DNA from: Haliotis cracherodii
Lineage: Eukaryota
Direction of reading: 5' to 3'
Assembly: GCF_022045235.1 (NCBI RefSeq)
Contig: NW_027266283.1
Span: forward strand, 4,030,001 to 4,094,000
Length of the DNA stretch: 64,000 nt
The notes under the pieces: model-generated
Seen by the model: only the letters and a program-made list of their open reading frames with translations
Told to the model about the DNA's origin: nothing
Databases searched by the model: none
Shown here: piece after piece, positions 39,201 to 51,200 of the stretch
How positions within the stretch are numbered: the stretch's first letter is position 1
Layout: every line of letters starts with the position of its first letter
Position numbers and translations under genes: made by a program

Positions 39201-42200
39201 CAATCCTGGTTCGCCCCAATCCTGGTTCGCCCCAATCCTGGTTCGCCCCAATCCTGGTTCGCCCCAATCCTGGTTCACCCCAATCCTGGTTCTAGGTTTG
39301 TCAGCACCATACCCGTGCTCATGGGTTTCACCGAAGTGGTAAACGTCTGAGACCTGCATCACTTCGGGCTTTCCTCCCATATTAAGCTTTCACGCCGTGA
39401 TATAACTGGAATAATGTTAAAAGCAGCGTTAAACCCAACTCACTCACTCACTCTGTATTATCACATAACATATCATTTCTTGTACATGGCACAGATTGCA
39501 ACCAAACGTGTGCCAATGGAGGAAGCCTTGACAAGGAAAAGTGTCAGTGCACCTGTGTTGGTAGCTACCGAGGTCCTGACTGTAAGAAGCCTCCATGTAC
39601 GACGGCCTGTGTCAACGGAAAGGTCAACCAAGAAAACTGTGCCTGTGTGTGTACAGAAGGCTGGAAGGGTTCCAAGTGTGGTAGGTGTTATTTCGGCGTA
39701 GCTCAATAGAAACCGTGGTTAGAATAGGCATCATCACCCTATTTGTGGTTGTGACAGGCGATTACAATGTGGCTGAACAGGCAAAACCACTGCAGCCTTG
39801 CGCTAACAAACCATAGGAATGCCTCGGTCTACAGGAAAGTGTCAATTGAAAGCTTCATTAATAGTGATACTGGCTGGTTAAATACATGTGTACTAAATTC
39901 CTTATTCTGATCCCCGTGCTATTGTGTAGCTGTTTCTGTGTTTATTGCAACTATTACAGATTGTGACCTCAAATGTGCCAATAACGGTACCCTAAACAAG
40001 GACACCTGTAAATGTGCCTGTGTTGGAGGCTACCGCGGAGCTGACTGTGCACAGCCTCCCTGCAAGACAGCATGTGTCAACGGGAAGGTCAACCAGAAGA
40101 CGTGTGCCTGTGAATGCACAGAAGGCTGGACTGGTCCCAAGTGTGGTACGTAGTTTTATTTAATCTTAACAGAAATAGTCCTTTTTAAAATCAAAGGATC
40201 TGTATACATGAACTGCATCAGTCCAATTCGAAATCTGTATTTCTTTCGGGAAACCTAAAAAGGCTTGATCATATGTAATAAACATCTCTACTTTTGAGGG
40301 GGACATTTCTTTTCTTGCAATAACCACAATGTCACTATTAAAATTTTAGCTATGTATTTTTATCAATGCCAGACTGCAAACTCATCTGCAAAAACAACGG
40401 AAGCTTGGACAGTGCCAAATGTGAGTGCACGTGTGTTGGTGGTCACCGTGGTGCTGATTGCAGCAAGCCTCCCTGTACGACGGTCTGTGTCAACGGAAAG
40501 GTCAACCAAAACAACTGTGCTTGCGAGTGTACTGAAGGCTGGAGTGGGCCAAAGTGTGGTGGGTAGTTTTAAATTTGTTTGATATCGGTAATAAGAACTG
40601 GAAGACTTGTCAACAGATTTTAGCAAATGTTGCCAAACTGCAGCAGAAGTGTAGTAAATCATTCATATAAGCTAGTGTTTGTTGTTTAACGCTGCACTTG
40701 GTAATATTCCGGCTATATGACAGCTGTCCGTAAATAAGTCTGGACCAGACAATTCAGGGATTGACATGAACATCGATCCATGCAATTGAGACCGATGACA
40801 TAGACCTATGGTTCATTTTTATTATATAAAGCAAGGTAAGCATACCTCTAGAATTTCCGACGGTACTTTAGTTTTTCTTCACAGTAAACCATTTCATTTC
40901 GCTTTTGCAGACTGCAGTTTGAAATGTGACAACGGTGGCTCCTTGGACAAGGCCAAATGTCTGTGCACCTGTACTGGTGGCTATCGAGGAGCTGATTGTA
41001 GTCTCCCTCCATGCAAAACAGACTGTGTCAATGGCACGGTCAACCAGAAGAACTGTGCCTGTGAGTGTTCGAAAGGCTGGTCTGGTCCCAAGTGTGGTAA
41101 GTTACTTTGAATTGCCTCTTGTATGTCATGTTTGTTCACAGAATTCTGTAAAAATTACTGTTTCGAGTGCAAATTTGAATATATCGCCCTAACCCCATTA
41201 AATGTTTCAGATTGCAGTCTTAAGTGTGCCAATGGTGGAACATTAGATTCGAGCACCTGCGCGTGTTCTTGTATTGGTGGATACCGAGGTGCTGATTGCA
41301 ACAAGGAACCATGCAAGACGGATTGTATCAACGGCAATGTTAACCAGAAGGATTGTGCTTGCGTGTGTACAAAGGGCTGGAGTGGACCCAAATGCGGCAA
41401 GTTATACCTTATATCCAGATAATGTCATAGGTGTCAGAGGCAGCTAAATTATAGCTAAACTATGGTTGATGAAGTGTCATCTCACCATACATTGATTGAT
41501 GCATTGCTCACAATATCACTGGTCTTTTGTCCTATTATATAGCTGGAATATTGCAGTGTTAGACACAAACAAGTGCGCGCCATCGTGACATTAACATTAT
41601 TTGCAATCTGTGTTATATACCTAGTGAAATACCTTACCCTCATTTGACCCTTGAAGATTCCGGGATAGAATAGGTCTTCAGCAACCCATGCTTGCCTTAA
41701 AGGCGACTTACCGGATCTTGAGGTCAGGCTCGCTGACTTGGTTGATGCATGTCATCAATTCCAATTGCGGGGATCGATGTTCATAATGTCAATGACTTGA
41801 TCGTCTGGTCCGGACTCGATTATTTACAGACCGCCGTCATGTAGCTGGAATATTGCTGGGTGCGGCGTTAAACAACGATCAATCACTACATAAGTGCAAT
41901 AATCTTGAACGCGACGTTAAACCCTATTTCACCTCGCCTCATTTGTTTCATTACATGTGTAGTGGCACTTCTCAAGCGTGTATATAATCGTGTGGTGTTA
42001 ACCATTCCAGACTGTAGTCTTCAGTGCGAAAATGGAGGCACTCTGGATAAAGCCAAGTGTCAGTGCGCATGTACTGGCGGCTACCGCGGTGCCGACTGCA
42101 GTCTTCCTCCATGCAAGACGGAGTGTATCAATGGCAAGGTCAACCAGAAGAACTGTGCCTGCGAATGTACTGAAGGCTGGAACGGTCCTAAGTGTGGTAA

Positions 42201-45200
42201 TATTTCGATTACTACTCAGCCAAATGACTTGCTCTTCTCTTCTCACTGTCCACGCCTGTACCTATCAACCATGTCAAGTAAGGCCATCCCAAGAGACCCA
42301 TAAAGCTACTAAAAGGCGACTATGCTTGTCGTAAAAGGCGACTAACGGGTTCGGGTGATCAGGCTCACAGACTTGGTTGATGCATATCATCGTATCCCAA
42401 TGCGTGGATCGATGCTCATGATGTCAATCACTGGACTACCTGGTCCAGACTCGATTATTTACAGACCGCCGAAGAAAGCTGGAATATTGCTGAGTGCGGC
42501 GTAAAACAACCAACCGTGTAGCTACCCACATACAAGTATTGAGGGTAAGGTACTGAGGCTGGCGCCACGGTTCCACTTTGGTGCTCCTTGGAATTCCAAG
42601 TTCTAAGGAAAATGCATAGACCCTGATATAAAGGAAACGCTCCTTGATTAAAATTATATGGAGCTGTACTGAACCCAAAAAGTTAAGGATGGTGGATATT
42701 TTTTTAGATTTTTTTAGATTTCTTTTATCAAATGTCATGCATCATGTAATCTGCATCTTTGAGCCATTTTAGTGTATGTTCTTTGGGATGGCATTAATTC
42801 CAGACTAATCTTGATTTCCCGACATCCTTCTTGAAACGCGCCATCTTTTTGTTACCAAAATTGCATCACTGCCAAAAGCTTTGAAGAAGGCTACAAATTG
42901 TATCATTGTTAACTGTTTAAATAGACTGCCAACTGAAGTGTTCTAACGGAGGAACACTGGACAAGGCAAAGTGTCAGTGCGCATGTGCAGGAGGCTATAG
43001 AGGAGCGGATTGCACCAAGCCTCCGTGCAAGACGGAATGTGTCAAGGGAAAGGTCAACCAGGAGAACTGTGCCTGCGAGTGTGCGGAAGGATATGTTGGT
43101 TCCAAGTGCGGTGAGTTTGTTCTCTTCTCATCGGAATTCGGAAGGTACCCTTTGTCTTTGTTAGTGCTCGACAAACGCTAAACGAAGATACTTTCCCTGA
43201 TAGTCTAATAGAGACGCTAACTGAGACGTCTTAGTTTAGCTTGATAGGTTCGATTAAATGAACACACTGTCACTCTTGAAGTGAACATCCAGCGAAAACA
43301 GCTTGATTTACAAAGTCCTAACATGTTACAGACTGTAATCTCAAGTGTACAAATGGAGGTAAACTGGATCCGAGCACCTGCAAGTGCGCATGTACTGGTG
43401 GCTACCGTGGTGCCGACTGCAGTCTTCCTCCATGCAAGACGGAGTGTATCAATGGCAAGGTCAACCAGAAAGACTGTGCCTGTGAATGTACAGAAGGCTG
43501 GAACGGTCTTAAGTGTGGTAAGATCTCGATTAGTATACAGCCAAATGTTTACTCGTGAAGATTCCGGGGATCTGGTGGTCAGGTTGATGCATGTCATCAA
43601 TCCCAAGAATGGTCAAGAATTGATTATTTACAGACCGCCGACAGATAGCTGGAATATTGCTGCGTAAAACAACAAACCTACAACCAACCGTGAAGCTACA
43701 CATACTAGTATTGATGGTAATGGTACTAAGGCTGGCACCACTGTTCCACTTTGGTGGTCCTTGGAATTCCAAGTGCTGAGGAAAATGGTGGGCACGGGTG
43801 GCCCTGTCGTCGAAGGCGCCGCGATTCGCTGTGCAGAGTTGCGTCCCTTGGGCACCCCAGAAACCTATGATTGAGGGTTCGAATCCCGGTTCTCCCCGAT
43901 TACGTTTCTAGGTTTGTCAGCACCATACACGTGCTCTGGGGTTTCACCGAAGTGGTAAACGTCTAAGACTTGCATCACTTTGGGCTTTCCTCCCACATTA
44001 AGCTGACACGCCGCGATATAACTGGAATACGGTTAAAAGCAGCGTAAAACCCAACTCAATCACTCTAAGGAAAATGTATAGACCCTGATTTAAAGGAAAC
44101 GCTCCTTGATTAAAAGATATGGAGCTGTACAGAACAACAACAAAATCAGGATCGTGGATATTTTTTTTAGATTTCTTTATCAAATGTCATGCATCATGTA
44201 ATCTGCATCTTTGAGCCATTTTAGTGTATGTTCTTTGGGATAGCATTAATTCCAGACTAATCTTGATTTCCCGACATTGTCCTTTTTGTTAACAAAATTG
44301 CTTCACTGCTAAAAGCTTTGAAGAAGGCTACAATTTGTATCATTGTTGACTGTTTGACTAGACTGCCAACTGAAGTGTTCTAACGGAGGAACACTGGACA
44401 AGGCAAAGTGTCAGTGCGCATGTGCAGGAGGCTATAGAGGAGCGGATTGCACCAAGCCTCCGTGCAAGACGGAATGTGTCAAGGGAAAGGTCAACCAGGA
44501 GAACTGTGCCTGCGAGTGTGCGGAAGGATATGTTGGTTCCAAGTGCGGTGAGTTTGTTCTCTTCTCATCGGAATTCGGAAGGTACCCTTTGTCTTTGTTA
44601 GTGCTCGACAAACGCTAAACGAAGATACTTTCCCTGATAGTCTAATAGAGACGCTAACTGAGACGTCTTAGTTTAGCTTGATAGGTTCGATTAAATGAAC
44701 ACACTGTCACTCTTGAAGTGAACATCCAGCGAAAACAGCTTGATTTACAAAGTCCTAACATGTTACAGACTGTAATCTCAAGTGTACAAATGGAGGTAAA
44801 CTGGATCCGAGCACCTGCAAGTGCGCATGTACTGGTGGCTACCGTGGTGCCGACTGCAGTCTTCCTCCATGCAAGACGGAGTGTATCAATGGCAAGGTCA
44901 ACCAGAAAGACTGTGCCTGTGAATGTACAGAAGGCTGGAACGGTCCTAAGTGTGGTAAGATTTCGATAAGTATACAGCCAAATGTGGATCCGTTAAAGAT
45001 TCCGGGGAAGAATAGGTCTTCAACCCATGCTTGCCGTGAAAGGCAACTAATGGGATGAGGTGGTCAGGTTCATGCATTTCATCAATCCCAATTTCGTCGA
45101 TCGATGTTCATGATGTCAATCACTGGATCGTCTGGTCCAGACTCTATTGTTTACAGACCGCCGACGGATAGCTGGAATATTGCTGCGTAAAACAACAAAT

Positions 45201-48200
45201 CAACCAACAACCAACCGTGAAGCTACACATACTAGTATCGATGGTAATGGTACTAAGGCTGGCACCACGGTTCCTTTTGGTGGTCCTTGGAATTCCAAGT
45301 TCTGAGGAAAATGAGGGGCACGGGTGGCCCTGTCGTCGAGGGCGCCGCGATTCGCTGGACAGAATTGCGTCCCTTGGGCATGCCAGAAACCTATGATTGT
45401 GGGTTCGAATCCCGGTTCGCCCCGATTACGTTTCTAGGTTTGTCAGCACCATACCCGCGCTCGTTGGTTTCACCGAAGTGTTAAACGTCCGAGACATGCA
45501 TCACTTCGGGCTTTCCTCCTTCATTAAGCTGACACGCCGTGATATAACTGGAATACTGTTAGAAGCGGCGTTAAACCCAACTCACTCATTCTAAGGAAAA
45601 TGTATAGACCCTGATTTAAAGGAAACGCTCCTTGATTAAACGATATGGAGCTGTACTGAACTAAAGTTCAGGATCGTGGATATTTTTTAGATTTCTTTAT
45701 CAAATGTCGTGCATCATGTAATCTGCATCTTTGAGCCATTTTAGTGTATGTTCTTTGGGATAGCATTAATTCCAGACTAATCTTGATTTCCCGACATTGT
45801 TCTTTTTGTTACCAAAATTGCATCACTGCCAAAAGCTTTGAAGAATGTTACAATTTGTATCATTGACTGTTTATATAGACTGCCAACTGAAGTGTTCTAA
45901 CGGAGGAACACTGGACAAGGCAAAGTGTCAGTGCGCATGTGCAGGAGGCTATAGAGGAGCGGATTGCACCAAGCCTCCGTGCAAGACGGAATGTGTCAAG
46001 GGAAAGGTCAACCAGGAGAACTGTGCCTGCGAGTGTGCGGAAGGATATGTTGGTTCCAAGTGCGGTGAGTTTGTTCTCTTCTCATCGGAATTCGGAAGGT
46101 ACCCTCTGTCTTTGTTAGTGCTCGACAAACGCTAAACGAAGATACTTTCCCTGATAGTCTAATAGAGACGCTAACTGAGACGTCTTAGTTTAGCTTGATA
46201 GGTTCGATTAAATGAACACACTGTCACTCTTGAAGTGAACATCCAGCGAAAACAGCTTGATTTACAAAGTCCTAACATGTTACAGACTGTAATCTCAAGT
46301 GTACAAATGGAGGTAAACTGGATCCGAGCACCTGCAAGTGCGCATGTACTGGTGGCTACCGTGGTGCCGACTGCAGTCTTCCTCCATGCAAGACGGAGTG
46401 TATCAATGGCAAGGTCAACCAGAAAGACTGTGCCTGTGAATGTAACTTCGGTTGGAAGGGACCAAAATGCGGTACGTGACCCGTTAATCGATTACCTTTT
46501 TAATTGAAATGCTCAATACGTGACTGCAGTGATTGCATAATTTGCAAATTGATATACTACTCAAAACAAGTTAAGGAACACCCATTTCGAAGGCTGTGTG
46601 TTGCAAGACCAACCGGCAATGGCAGATTAACTTTAGTCATATAAAAAAAATCGGGTGTTCTTTAACTTCTTTTGAGTAGTATATGTAGGAAGGTGATTGA
46701 GATATCTTGTTCACAACATCCGGAACTACCTGTCAAGATCCGGGTTAGAATTCATCTTCAGCAATCTATGCTTGCCGTATCAGGCGACTACCGGGAGCGG
46801 GTGGTCAGGCTCGCTGACTTGGTTGATGTTTCATCGTATCTGTACTGCGTAGACTGATGCTCATGATATCAGTCACTTGATTGTCTGGTGCAGACTCGAT
46901 TATTTACAAACCGCCGTCATATAGCTCGAATATTGCTGATTGAGGCGTTAAACAACAAACAAACATCCGAAGCAATGACATGGTTGAAGTATTTGACTGA
47001 TCACGAGGAAAGCTACAATGACAAATTGTATGGATGCAAATATAAGACAATACAATTGTATTTATGTTGCAAAATTGCTTGTAAACTATCGCAATCCTAT
47101 ACACGATGGATGTCCCTAACAACGGTCGCCAAACCCAAGTAATGGGGTCATTGCAGGCATTGACCAATCGCATGTATGTACCACATTTTACCGTAAATCA
47201 GATGTTCCCAAAACCTGTCATTCTGGCCTGTAGATTGCAAGCGGCAGTGCAGAAACGGAGGTGTGCTGAATCCGGAAACTTGTGAGTGCGCATGCGTGAA
47301 AGGCTACCGCGGCGCCCTGTGTGGCCTTGACCCCTGCACCACCAAGTGCATCAATGGCAAGGTCAATCAGCCGAACTGCAAGTGTGAGTGTCTGGAAGGA
47401 TGGAGCGGTCCGTCTTGTGGTGAGTGGTTAGATGAGGTTAACTTGTAAAACTGACATTATTAGACAGGGATTAGAAACGGTACCCAGCAAACTTATGTTA
47501 AGATTCATGTTGATACTAAATTTATAGTGTGGTCAGACAGTGCCTTGGTTGCGTCACGGCACCGATATGATGTATGTTCCTGTCATATCGTCATGACTGG
47601 ACTGGACCCGTGAAGATCCGGAGTAGAATAGATCTTCAGCATCCAATGCATGCTGTAAATGGTGACTGTGCTTGTCGTAAGAGGCGACAAACGGGATCGG
47701 GTGGTCAGGCTCACTGACTTGGTTGATGCATGTCATCGTACCCCAATTGCGTGGATCGACGTTCATGATGTCAATCACTGGATTATCTGGTCCAGACTCG
47801 ATTATTTACTGACCGTAGTCATATAGCTGGAATATTGCTGAGTGCAAAATCTGAAACATAACTGGACTATTGACTTTTGCTTTAAACACTTAAAACAGTG
47901 ATCCTGCAAACATTCTGCAAAATGAAACTTTCATCACATTTGTCACAATTACCCACGTGTGAGAGGAAGGGGTGCAGTCAAGTGGTTAAAACATTCGGTT
48001 ATCACACCGAAGGCTTCAATTCCCCGCATTGGTATGATGCGTGAAGGCTATTGCAGATGTCCCCCTGTTTTATATTGATGGAATATATTTCTAAAAGCGG
48101 AGACAAACCTTACTCGCTCATGTTTGGGATTACGTGTTATTGGAAATTGAAATACTGTTGTCAGATTTGTTTATGGCGGGGATCGGTGGAGGGGCGGGGA

Positions 48201-51200
48201 TCGGTGGAGGGGCGGGGATCGGTGGAGGGGCGGGGATCGGTGGAGGGTCGGTGATCGGTGGAGTGACATAGTGGCTTAACCATTTCATTAGCTCTGTGAA
48301 TTCCTTGTTTTATCTCCATATTAATAGATTATGTGTAAACATTGGTGTCGGACATCGCGATACTGCAGTCAAGGCAGGAGCGGGCATTCACACTCGTCGC
48401 CACAAATTTATATTTACAAACACATCCATCGATACTCCAGGGTCGTATGTCTATTCTATTATGATGGATACCTCACGGCAGCTTGAATAAACTGTCACGC
48501 TGCAAATAACCGAATACAGAATACATCCAGACGAGGGACTTTCGGAAAGATGTTACTCATTGGAGATGAAGTTTCCACCGAAGTGAAACTGACAGCGAAA
48601 GGGTATAGGGTACTTGTCGTAATATAAAGGAGAATATAATACACTGGGTTATCGAGCATGAACGATACCAGACGGCCGTTCAAGAGGAAGAAGATGGCAT
48701 CCTCCCGTCATGAGGCAGCGGCCCGTGGAGCACCAATAGTTCTCATAAACAATAATGCCGACCGCCTCCGTGGTCTAGTGGTAGAGCGTCCGCCCGGAGA
48801 GTGGAAGGTCCGGGGTTCGATCCCCGACCGCGTCATACCAAAAGACGTTAAAAGATGGTACTTGTTGTTACCCTGTCTGGCGCTCGGCATTAAGGGGCTA
48901 AAACAAGGACTGGTCGGCTCGGAGTCAGTATGCTGTGTCTGAGTGGGGTATTCATGTGGCATTGTATCTCAGTGAGCTAGCACTATACATCGGCATCAGT
49001 CCGGACTAGTGCACGCACGCACGCACGCATGCAGTCGCTATATATGTGCAATAATCTTGGACGCAACGTTAAAACCCCATTTCACTGCACTTATATTAGT
49101 ACAGCTCCTGCTTTAGTGGCACTGCTCCTGCTGTAGTAGTAGTTCTGCTCCTGCTATAGTCTTACTTTGGGAAGGCTTCACAAATGCTCTAGACTTTCTA
49201 GAATCTTGACATGCATCTTAAGGTACGTTCTCAGAAAATATTGTATTTGAATACAGAATGCGGGCTGAAGTGTAACAATGGCGGCACCCTGTTAACGCGA
49301 TACTGCCGATGCATGTGCGCCAACGGCTACCGTGGCGACTCCTGCAGCGACCCCCCGTGTACGACGGAGTGTGTGCGCGGCCGGGTCAACAAGCGCACCT
49401 GTGAATGTGTCTGCAGAAAATATTGGTCCGGACCCAAATGTGGTAGGTATATCGTGACGGTATTGTATTTATTTTGAAACTTTAAGACTAAACTGTCGGA
49501 TGCACGTCGTACGTCAGAAGGCGTGATTGTTGCTCTTGCTATCGACCACTAGCTCTTGTCTTACAGGACCACACTCGTTCACAGAAAGTTAGAATATCGT
49601 TCATTGCGACTTAAAAATCCACTCACGATGTTTTTAGTCAATCAAAATGTTTAAGATATTCTTTCAGGGCATCGCCGCGAATAGCTGCAAGATTGCTGGT
49701 GCGATTGAGCAATAATTATTTGCAATCTCCCCAGGCAAGTGGGTAGCTAATGTTTGATATGCCATATACATGAAATAGTTACTTAAATATTAATAAGTTG
49801 TATGAATAACATGGTAAACAAAACGGACTATTAGCCATATGTTTGAATAAAACGAGGGAAAATGATGTAACTATTCAATTCGGCAGATCGGAGTTAGAAT
49901 AGGTCTTCAGCAACCCATGCTTGTCGTAAGAGGCGACAAACGGGATGGGGTGGTCAGGCTCGCTGACTTGGTTGATGCATGTCATCGATCCCAATTGCGT
50001 GGATCGATGCTCATTATATCAATCACTGGATTGTCTGGTCCAGACTCGATTATTTACTGACCGTAGTCATATAGCTGGAATATTGCTGAGTGCGGCATCA
50101 ACAAACAAACAAACGTATGTATAATAAAGCTATTAATACTCGTCCTGATGACTTACTGTTTTGCTTCTTAAAGACAGGATAATAATAACTTTCTGCAGGT
50201 TGCAGCACTACTGTATATCGGCATATAAAAATGACGTTTGACTTTAGGTAGCGTTCCATGATACAAACTGTTTCCCGTGCAGAGTTTCTTCCCTTGGGAG
50301 TGCCAGGATCCTTTGATAGTGGGGTCGCATCCTAAATTATCACTGATTAGTATCCATGGTTTCTCGGCACCAAACCCAAGGGCGACGTTTTTACCAAAGT
50401 GGTAAACGTCTAAGACCTGCATCACTCCGAGATTTCCTCCACATCAAGCTGACACTCCGGATATAGCCGACACGACGTTGAAAGCCAGGCTCAGCGTGAA
50501 TCCCTGTTGGTTGAAATCCTATCAAACGCTGGTTAGAATATATATTTATTTATTTTTGGTCTCGCCGTTTATTTTCAGACTGTAACCTTAACTGCCGGAA
50601 TGGTGGCGTCCTTGACCCCAACAAGTGTTCCTGTACGTGTGTCAATGGCTTCCGAGGAGCCGCATGTGGCCTGCCTCCGTGTAAGAGCCCCTGCATCAAC
50701 GGAAAACACAACCCCAAGAGCTGTGCCTGCGAATGCTCAGAAGGATGGAGTGGCTCGAAATGCGGTGAGAACAACTTTGTGGAACTGTAGCCTGGCCACA
50801 CAGTTCAGATCATCTGATGTACTTCCTAACAGATTTTAACTGCTACTAAATTAGTAGCAGCCTTGTTACACGGGAATAACTGTTTAGGTTTAAGTCCAAT
50901 GATATTTAGAACAGGGTGTTCAGGGTGGAAACAATACTTTGATGGAAAGTCCAGTGGACACGCTTGCCTCAGGAAGATGAGTTTTGCCCGACTTTCACCA
51001 GGTTCACATACCTTCAAGGTTATTTACAATAAGATATGACGTTAAATAAGGTTTGGGTTACACTTTCGCAAAGTACTGATGCCTTTATCACTAACTTAGT
51101 ACTCAGTTTCTCAAAGATGAGGCCTTGCTGTGGAACGGATTTGTTCAAAATAGCTGGAAGGTCAAGGTCGACGTTCAGAATTTGCATTACATGTTTTCTA

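Larger units (their letters stand above)
42075..46443. repeat. Tandem triplication of a ~1.3-1.5 kb two-exon unit
   Basis: Exons 44/46/48 and 45/47/49 and the 221-bp intron between them are nearly identical; offsets 1437 and 1517 bp. Confidence 0.9.
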
